Source: an uncultured virus (IMG/VR IMGVR_UViG_3300030118_004714)
Taxonomy: Duplodnaviria; Heunggongvirae; Uroviricota; Caudoviricetes
Virus record (IMG/VR): IMGVR_UViG_3300030118_004714
Direction: 5' to 3' (one strand)
Length of the DNA stretch: 64,000 bases
The translations under genes were made by a program, and so were the position numbers. Shown here piece after piece: positions 57,241 to 64,000 of the stretch; the first letter of the stretch is position 1; the number at the start of each line of letters is the position of its first letter. Under the pieces are notes generated by a model. The model worked only from the letters and a program-made list of their open reading frames with translations. It was not told where the DNA came from and searched no databases.

Positions 57241-57906
57241 ATGGCCGTTAATCGCAAGCGTTGTGGTTTTTGCCAGCATGAAAATCGTGCTGAATTAGAA
57301 CAGGCTCTTGAGTCAAGAGCCATTACTTGCGATGATTTGGATATGCAGAACGGATGGAGAAGCGGAACGGCGGCTCAACATCAACGAAACCACATGGGCG
57401 ATTTTGAAATGTCGTCAAACCCAAAGTGTGCCATCTGTATTGACCCTATGAGGAAGCATTATGAAGCGGCCCTTCATGGTGGAGACATTACTTCGGAGGC
57501 TATCGCTCAAGCACTTGATACCACGAAAGCGCAAGTGCAACGCCACATGAAGCACCACTTGACACCGATTGTTCAAGAGAATGCGGCCATGATGATTGCG
57601 AAAAAGGAAGTTAATGAGGTTGAAATGCTCGCAAATAATGTTCAGCGTTTAGACCATCGTTTAGACCAAGTGTTCAATGAATTAGGCAACGATTTAGACC
57701 CAAAGATGATTGATGCGCTTACTAAGTTAGCCAGAGAAATTCGTGAGTCTTTGAAGTATATGATGGAATTCAAGGGTAAATTGATTCATAAGAGACAGGA
57801 CACAATTATTGTCGCACAGATGCAGATTGTTCAAGAAGTGCTTGCACAGAACAATCCTGAGATTTGGTTGGATATTAAAAGTAAAATGCAGGAGAGATTA
57901 CAATGA
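57241..57906 (+). CDS. Tandem Zn-HTH protein; terminase small subunit candidate
   Basis: Two CxxC...HxxxH units followed by helical oligomerisation-like region; function inferred. Confidence 0.5.
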   Translation: MAVNRKRCGFCQHENRAELEQALESRAITCDDLDMQNGWRSGTAAQHQRNHMGDFEMSSNPKCAICIDPMRKHYEAALHGGDITSEAIAQALDTTKAQVQRHMKHHLTPIVQENAAMMIAKKEVNEVEMLANNVQRLDHRLDQVFNELGNDLDPKMIDALTKLAREIRESLKYMMEFKGKLIHKRQDTIIVAQMQIVQEVLAQNNPEIWLDIKSKMQERLQ

Positions 57907-58340
57907 GTTGGAAAGAAGTAGTAAAAGCAAAAGGAATGTCAAATGTTAAGTTTGACGACAAATCAATGTATGAAATTGCCCAAGCAGTAGCGAAAGATTT
58001 GAACCTTATTGGGGAAGATAACTACGAAAAAAGATTTGAACTAAGTATGGATGATTTTGACATTGATATTGAAGTTAGTAATGTGGAGCAAAAAGTGTAT
58101 GATAGTAGATTTCCCTCTGAAACATTTGCTATTAGGGTTAAACCCGAAGGGAAAATAGAACTTTATGATAATGAATTAGACAATGTAGTTAAAACCTTCA
58201 AAGGAGAAGATATTATTATTGATTTGGACGGGAGTAAGCCTGAATCTATGGAAAGCAAAAGTGGTGCTTTTTTATTCACGACCACTTATCAACTTGGCGA
58301 CTACGACGACGGAAAAATAATTGTTTATGTTGATATTTGA
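57903..58340 (+). CDS. WxxILK-family protein (MSWKEVVK)
   Basis: Flanked by a 26-nt direct repeat. Confidence 0.7.
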   Translation: MSWKEVVKAKGMSNVKFDDKSMYEIAQAVAKDLNLIGEDNYEKRFELSMDDFDIDIEVSNVEQKVYDSRFPSETFAIRVKPEGKIELYDNELDNVVKTFKGEDIIIDLDGSKPESMESKSGAFLFTTTYQLGDYDDGKIIVYVDI

Positions 58341-58356
58341 TGCAGGAGAGATTACA

Positions 58357-58611
58357 ATGAGTTGGGAAGACATAATCAAAGGCGAAAGAGAATATTCGTT
58401 TTATTTAAGACAAATTGAAAAAGTACAAGACTTGATGGATAGGTTGTATGAGGATATTGAAAAAGCGGCGGTTAAGATGAATAAAGAAACTGGCTATCCC
58501 TTAGAAGACGCGAGAAAAATGATTAAAGGTATGCAGTACGAAACCATCAAAGCGGCTGAAGAAACTTTAGAAGAATTTAAAAAGAAACTACAGGATTCTA
58601 TGAGGGATTAG
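58357..58611 (+). CDS. WxxILK-family protein (MSWEDIIK)
   Basis: ATG 58357 after GGAG. Confidence 0.65.
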   Translation: MSWEDIIKGEREYSFYLRQIEKVQDLMDRLYEDIEKAAVKMNKETGYPLEDARKMIKGMQYETIKAAEETLEEFKKKLQDSMRD

Positions 58612-58612
58612 C

Positions 58613-58831
58613 ATGAGTTATATGGATAGAATAGAAAAACTTATATCAGATTCGGGAAGAGCATCTTTAACTTTGGGCAATGTTCTAATAGCAGCATACA
58701 ATGTTGCTAAAGAAAACGAAGATAAAATGCTTGCTAAAATGTTGATAGAGGTTTTAGGTAAAAAAAATGATTTTGATAAGACAATGATAAAATTAATAGA
58801 GTATTTAGAGAAGCGAAAAGATATGGAGTAA
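58613..58831 (+). CDS. Small helical hypothetical protein
   Basis: Co-oriented ORF. Confidence 0.55.
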   Translation: MSYMDRIEKLISDSGRASLTLGNVLIAAYNVAKENEDKMLAKMLIEVLGKKNDFDKTMIKLIEYLEKRKDME

Positions 58832-58836
58832 TTACA

Positions 58837-59226
58837 ATGAGTTGGAAAGACATCTTGAAAAGAGATATTAGTTTTAATCCCGATGAGGCTTGTTGTATGG
58901 AATTAAAGCGAGGGTATAGTGAATTGATGCGAGATTTACAAGAACATTATGACCGAAAAGGAATTAAGTCAAATGTTGCGGCCATGTCCCGAAGAAGAAT
59001 GAATGAACCCTGTAAAGTGTTGGTGGACGACTTACAATCCTTTTATGCCGAGAAAGGAAAAGAAGGCTCCAATGCTCCTAATTGGGTATATTATAGAATT
59101 AGTGAAATTTTAGATGACTATGGAGAGTGTCAGCAAGAAGGGGAAATGTTAAGAGAAATGTCATACCGAGAAACTGCGCCGGTTTATGTTGCTCGCCCCC
59201 CAAAATCCCGTTTCTTCAGAAGGTGA
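58837..59226 (+). CDS. WxxILK-family protein (MSWKDILK)
   Basis: ATTACAATGAGTTGG start string. Confidence 0.7.
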   Translation: MSWKDILKRDISFNPDEACCMELKRGYSELMRDLQEHYDRKGIKSNVAAMSRRRMNEPCKVLVDDLQSFYAEKGKEGSNAPNWVYYRISEILDDYGECQQEGEMLREMSYRETAPVYVARPPKSRFFRR

Positions 59227-59230
59227 AAAT

Positions 59231-61321
59231 ATGTGGACTGAAATTCTTAAGGCTTTGCCTAAAGACCGCATAGATTTCGCTAAAATTGTTCAGAACGATA
59301 GAAGATTTTCACAGTTATTAGGCACATTAGATAGAAGGTATGAAGGTGGTGCTAAACTTCACCCAAGCCACACTTTAAAAGATATGCTTCGTCAATATGA
59401 AAATAAAACAATGGGATTAGATATTCTCCAAGCCTTAGCAGATACAGATTATCCGAGGGAAAAATTAGAAGAGAACATGAAAGTCCTCTTAGCAAAAGTC
59501 CCGTATAGTAGTACAGAAATGGGTGGAAAAATTATTGAAGAGGGTTTAGAACTTTTAGATAAAAGAGAAGAGGGAAGATTAACTCCTGTTGAGGAAGAAC
59601 GCCTTGGCAAAATTTATCAAGAGATTTTAGACATGGAATTAAGCGGTACTGAATCAGTTAATGTAAAGGGAAGAAGCACAAGAAGAAAAATGATTGCTTC
59701 AAGAAACACCTTCTTAAAAGAATTTGGCGATTTTATTCTCACTTTCAAAGAACCTCAAGATAATTTTGAAAAAGATATTGATGCTTTTGCCAGAAAAATG
59801 TTCACCATTGGTAATCCTAAAAGAAGAAGACGAGTTGGGCAAAGAATTGGTAAAACTTTAATCACAAAATTTAAAGATGGAGCAGAATTTTTGTCTCAAA
59901 TTCAAAGTAATGATAGATTAAGGACAGCCTATCAACAACTTTTGCGAAAACACAAGCCCGATTTAACTTTAGTCGGTACAAAAACGGCAGAAACTGGCCC
60001 AAAAGCAAAATTAGAAGCCCTTCATGCTAGAAAAATCACCTTTTCTGCGGAAAATATTGATAGTATTGCAGAAGTTAATGCTTATTTTGATGTTGTTGGT
60101 CAATTGCCCGGAAAAAAGGGCATTTTTATGCCCACAAAAGCCAAAAAAGGAGGCAAAACAGCAAGAATCAGCCCGTCAATCTTTCTTTTGAAGAATGATG
60201 CTGATAATTTGAAGAGTGCAAAGTCTGATTTAAAGAATTTGAACCTCAACCCTTACGCAAATAAAATTCTTTTGAGTGGTTTTACCAAAAAAACTTGGTT
60301 CACTGATTTATTTAGAGGCGTTAAGATGGATATTTCTTCAAAAAATGACGCTTACAATGCAATTTATGAAGATATTTCAGGAATTTATGAAAAAAGAGGC
60401 TCTAAGTTAAATTTGTCGGATGAGTTTAATGAAATAGATAATCTATCGCAAGACCCTAAAACTAGAAAATCACAAATTAAACAATTTATTGAAGATAAAG
60501 GTCTAAGTAGCGAAGTGGAAGCCAAGGCAAATGAACTCCAAGAGACTAGATTTAGCAGAGATACCGACACTTTATCAGTCAAAGAAGCAAAAATGGTTGA
60601 AAAGGCATGGAAAGCAATTTCTGATGAAATTACAGCATCATATGATTATCTTGAGGATTTTGATTTAGCCTTTGGAGTAGATGAAGACGGCGATGAATAC
60701 GGAATAGGTGAATTGGAACTTAAAAAGGTTGGCGACAGAGTAGAAATTACATATAGGGATGACCCAGAAGAAAAATTGGAAAGAATAACTGCCACAGAAT
60801 TGATGGCAATTTTGAAAAGAGAGGGACAGGGAGGCCAGCAAGATGAAATGCGAAGAATTCGTGATTATTTGGGTCGTGGTGAAGACTTTGAAACTTATTT
60901 AGCAACTCTCTCAAGTGATGAAATTAGGCAAGCCGTTCAAGCACCTTCGGGTTCAAGGGCATATATGGATAAAATTGACCCATTAAACAGTTTATCATAT
61001 CTCAGCAATATCAATGAACAGATGTTCGGGCGGTTTGAAAAAGGCGACCTGCAAGCGGGCTATATTAAGGAAACCTTATTAGCGATAGCCTCTGAACAAG
61101 ATTCATCGCAAAAGGCCGCACTCATCAAGCAGTTAAACGATAACATGCTACCCCTTTTGAGGGCCATGTCGGAGTTTATGTTTGATACGGTTCAGGATAG
61201 GCTAGAAGAAATTGGTCGTAATTATCTAAAAATTGCAGGTAGAAATCAACATGAAGCAGTTTTAATGGCTCTTAAATTGTTCAAAAAGGAGAATCTATTA
61301 ACAGGAGGTGCGGAGTTATGA
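59231..61321 (+). CDS. Large WxxILK-family helical protein (MWTEILK)
   Basis: ATG 59231 after AGGTGA; about 696 aa. Confidence 0.7.
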   Translation: MWTEILKALPKDRIDFAKIVQNDRRFSQLLGTLDRRYEGGAKLHPSHTLKDMLRQYENKTMGLDILQALADTDYPREKLEENMKVLLAKVPYSSTEMGGKIIEEGLELLDKREEGRLTPVEEERLGKIYQEILDMELSGTESVNVKGRSTRRKMIASRNTFLKEFGDFILTFKEPQDNFEKDIDAFARKMFTIGNPKRRRRVGQRIGKTLITKFKDGAEFLSQIQSNDRLRTAYQQLLRKHKPDLTLVGTKTAETGPKAKLEALHARKITFSAENIDSIAEVNAYFDVVGQLPGKKGIFMPTKAKKGGKTARISPSIFLLKNDADNLKSAKSDLKNLNLNPYANKILLSGFTKKTWFTDLFRGVKMDISSKNDAYNAIYEDISGIYEKRGSKLNLSDEFNEIDNLSQDPKTRKSQIKQFIEDKGLSSEVEAKANELQETRFSRDTDTLSVKEAKMVEKAWKAISDEITASYDYLEDFDLAFGVDEDGDEYGIGELELKKVGDRVEITYRDDPEEKLERITATELMAILKREGQGGQQDEMRRIRDYLGRGEDFETYLATLSSDEIRQAVQAPSGSRAYMDKIDPLNSLSYLSNINEQMFGRFEKGDLQAGYIKETLLAIASEQDSSQKAALIKQLNDNMLPLLRAMSEFMFDTVQDRLEEIGRNYLKIAGRNQHEAVLMALKLFKKENLLTGGAEL

Positions 61322-64000
61322 GCAAAAGATTAACTTTTAAGGAAACTTTAGGCCGCATACCTACTGATGATGAACGGAAAGATTATGCCGCTTCTGCTAT
61401 GAATAAAGCCACAAGAAGGGCATTAAGGGCTAAATTTAGGGAAGAAGTTGAAGCAAACTACAAAGGAGACGACCCCGCTAAGGCAGTTCGTGACTTTTTC
61501 CTTGAACTAAAGGACGCTGTGGGTGAATCATCGGCTATGACTGCTTCTCAATTATCTACTGCTGGCCTTGCTCAGACTGGCGCAGTTTTCTATGAGTTGA
61601 TGAATCGGTTTAACATTGTAGATGGAAGAGACATGCCATTAACCAAGGCTAAGTTTGAGGATGGGACTGCTATTGGTAGAAGGGGAAGAATGAGGTTGTC
61701 TAATCCTGACCTATCTATTTTCTCAAATGAAAGAAATGTTATGTTTAATCGTAAAGGCGCAGAAAAGAGTTATCAAGACTACTTAAAATACCTTGAGCCA
61801 GAAAAAAGAGAAAATGTTATTGCGACTGTGAAAAAAGTCAAGCGCACTATGAAAGACATGGCGGCAATAAAAAGGGCAAGAAAGAGAAGTAAGTTAATTA
61901 AGGTTGATAAGTCTGAATTTACTGGAAAAATCAATTTTACAAAGGCTTCTACGAGGGAAGACATTTATGATTTTTGGGCGAGTATAGCACCAAAATATAA
62001 CAAGGTTAAATCTACTCTTGATAAACTATTTTCTGAATTAGAAGACGCTGATGTTTTTGAATCAATGTTAGAAGAACTTGAGAAAAAGAAAGAGGCCGCA
62101 GAAAAGGCACAAGAAGAAAGAACGAAAGATGAAGTAGAAGAAGGCGTACTTACTCCAGAGCAAATTGTTTTCCAAGATTTACAAAATGAAATTGAGAAAA
62201 AGAAAGCAGATTTTAAAAAGGACTTGGCAAAACTTAAGCAACAGGTAGAGGGAGTTAATTTAGAATACTTGGTTTCTGTAAATCGCCTTAAAGTTCCTTT
62301 TGAGGTTAGCCCTTGGAAAAGAATGCTTGATGCTGTCGCTCGCTATGAGAATGCAGAAAAAGTCTTACAATTCTCAGGAAATCAACAAAAGGAAAGAACT
62401 GGGGAAGAACAGGGTATGAGAGAATCCGAAATTTCTTATTTGGCTGGTGCTGGTGCTGAAATAGATTCAGATAAGGATTTGGATATAGAAATTAATGCGG
62501 CTCTCATGCAAGCCCCGTCAAGCGACGACCAATATTCAGGTGCGACCATGATGGATGTTTCAATTGGTGAAAAGGGACAAGAAGAAAAAGATGTTCTTAT
62601 ACAAGATGAAGAAAAAAGGTTTCAAAAGATTGCCGAGGAAAAACTTGACCCTCTTCTTGCGATTGAGTCCGTAGCAAATAAGAGGCTAATTTCTCTTGAT
62701 AAAGAGAGCAGAGATGTAATGCAAGAACTTGTCAAAGAACTTCGTCAAGGAACAGATTTAGAATTTATTTCACAGGCTGATAAATGGATAGACGAATTAG
62801 AAGAAAGTTTTTTATTAGAAAGGGATGTTTATATTCTTCCTGCGGCTGTTTTTCAATCAAAGAAAGGGGCTGAATTAAATATTAAAAAACTACCCACTGC
62901 TGAAGAGGGAGCAAACTATAAACTTGAGGAACCTTCTACAAAAGGTGTTAAAGTAAGAAATCCAACATTTGCGGATATTATTGACCAAACAGATAATATG
63001 ATAACTGTCATTGATGCAGACGCATCACCACAAATTAATCTTAATAATGTCTTTGATAACATTCATACGCTACTTACTTCCGAAAGATATTCTTTCTTAC
63101 TTTATCCAAGAACAGATGTTGCTAGCAGAACAAAGACAAAAAGAAGTGAAGCGAGGGCGCAAATGCAAGGAGCATCAAGCATCGCAAGGAAAAAAATGTT
63201 AGCAAACCTTGTTGAGCCTATGAGAACAATTGGCAAAGTTCCTGCAAGAAAAGGAAAATTAATTTCGGGGGTTGGCGATAGTGATGTTGGAAAGGCTCTC
63301 GCTGAATTTATTTTAGCCTGCAACGAATATTACTTTGAGCCGTTTCTAAAAGGCAAGACCCCCTTTGCCTATCCTAGATTTATGTCGGGTGTCGGTATCA
63401 AAGCCTTAACTGTTATTGCAGATGATTTAGGTTATGAAACGATGTCAGGAAATGTTGCGAGAAGACTTTCGGGTATTGCAAAGGTTCAATTAACTTCTGG
63501 ACAAATGGCTTCACTTAGCAAGTTTTTAGGCCTAATGGATAAAGCGGTCGTCGTGGACTACAAGACAATAAAACTTGCAGAAAAAGCAGCAAAGGTATTG
63601 ACAAAGATTTTTAAGCAAAAAGAAAAAAATCTTGATACTGTTGCTGCTCTTCTTTATAACTTTATGGAACAAACAAAAGAAGGAAGAGAACACCCCTTAG
63701 CCACAAAGAAGTTTAAAGGCGACGATGAGACGATTCGTAAAAGAGCATTAAGTTTTGGTAAATCAGAAGACCCCCTTAGTTATCCAATTTTTTCACTGTA
63801 TTTATTCTTAGAACAAAATCAAGGGTTGCTTACTAGAAATAAATCCATAGAAAGGGAATATAATAATCTGATAGAAACACTTACTGAAGTTAATGATGAT
63901 ATGCCAGAAATATTAAGTAAATTACTAAAGGCCCACAATGAAATTAGAAAGGCGATGGGTAAAGAAGTCATTAGAGGTATTTATGACTTCAATCACGATG
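61318..64000 (+). CDS. Large hypothetical protein, truncated by the window end (not in ORF track)
   Basis: MSKRLTFKETLG...; GGAGGTG RBS; frame open wherever spot-checked through ...KLLKAHNEIRKAMG. Confidence 0.7.
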   Translation, partial: MSKRLTFKETLGRIPTDDERKDYAASAMNKATRRALRAKFREEVEANYKGDDPAKAVRDFFLELKDAVGESSAMTASQLSTAGLAQTGAVFYELMNRFNIVDGRDMPLTKAKFEDGTAIGRRGRMRLSNPDLSIFSNERNVMFNRKGAEKSYQDYLKYLEPEKRENVIATVKKVKRTMKDMAAIKRARKRSKLIKVDKSEFTGKINFTKASTREDIYDFWASIAPKYNKVKSTLDKLFSELEDADVFESMLEELEKKKEAAEKAQEERTKDEVEEGVLTPEQIVFQDLQNEIEKKKADFKKDLAKLKQQVEGVNLEYLVSVNRLKVPFEVSPWKRMLDAVARYENAEKVLQFSGNQQKERTGEEQGMRESEISYLAGAGAEIDSDKDLDIEINAALMQAPSSDDQYSGATMMDVSIGEKGQEEKDVLIQDEEKRFQKIAEEKLDPLLAIESVANKRLISLDKESRDVMQELVKELRQGTDLEFISQADKWIDELEESFLLERDVYILPAAVFQSKKGAELNIKKLPTAEEGANYKLEEPSTKGVKVRNPTFADIIDQTDNMITVIDADASPQINLNNVFDNIHTLLTSERYSFLLYPRTDVASRTKTKRSEARAQMQGASSIARKKMLANLVEPMRTIGKVPARKGKLISGVGDSDVGKALAEFILACNEYYFEPFLKGKTPFAYPRFMSGVGIKALTVIADDLGYETMSGNVARRLSGIAKVQLTSGQMASLSKFLGLMDKAVVVDYKTIKLAEKAAKVLTKIFKQKEKNLDTVAALLYNFMEQTKEGREHPLATKKFKGDDETIRKRALSFGKSEDPLSYPIFSLYLFLEQNQGLLTRNKSIEREYNNLIETLTEVNDDMPEILSKLLKAHNEIRKAMGKEVIRGIYDFNHD

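Overview
This 64-kb window is most of the genome of a tailed dsDNA archaeal virus. Gene content and GGTGA/GGAGG ribosome-binding sites suggest a Magrovirus-like virus of Marine Group II Euryarchaeota (inference). Layout: (1) 1-14.6 kb (+), siphovirus-type tail module with tail tube, tail-assembly chaperone carrying a -1 frameshift, tape measure, tail tip and fibre. (2) 14.6-47.1 kb (-), replication and host-takeover module: split PolB, PCNA, RFC, fused primase, MCM-like helicase, RPA, ligase, ERCC4, Cas4-like and DEDD nucleases, UvrD, GroEL/GroES, TFB, two histone folds, PC4 and two tRNAs. (3) 47.1-47.8 kb, non-coding strand switch with CGTCTCA repeats (candidate origin). (4) 47.8-51.9 kb, seven gene cassettes bounded by eight palindromic CAAAG-ACCATATGGT-CTTTG repeats. 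(5) 52.4-64 kb (+), about 13 genes sharing an N-terminal WxxILK motif, a Zn-HTH protein and two large proteins. The best candidates for an undescribed system are a dispersed viral ubiquitin-like conjugation set (Ubl precursor ending GG-SY, ThiF/E1, E2-like domain, JAB protease), the cassette array and the WxxILK-tagged protein array. All calls come from reading motifs by eye; no searches were run.
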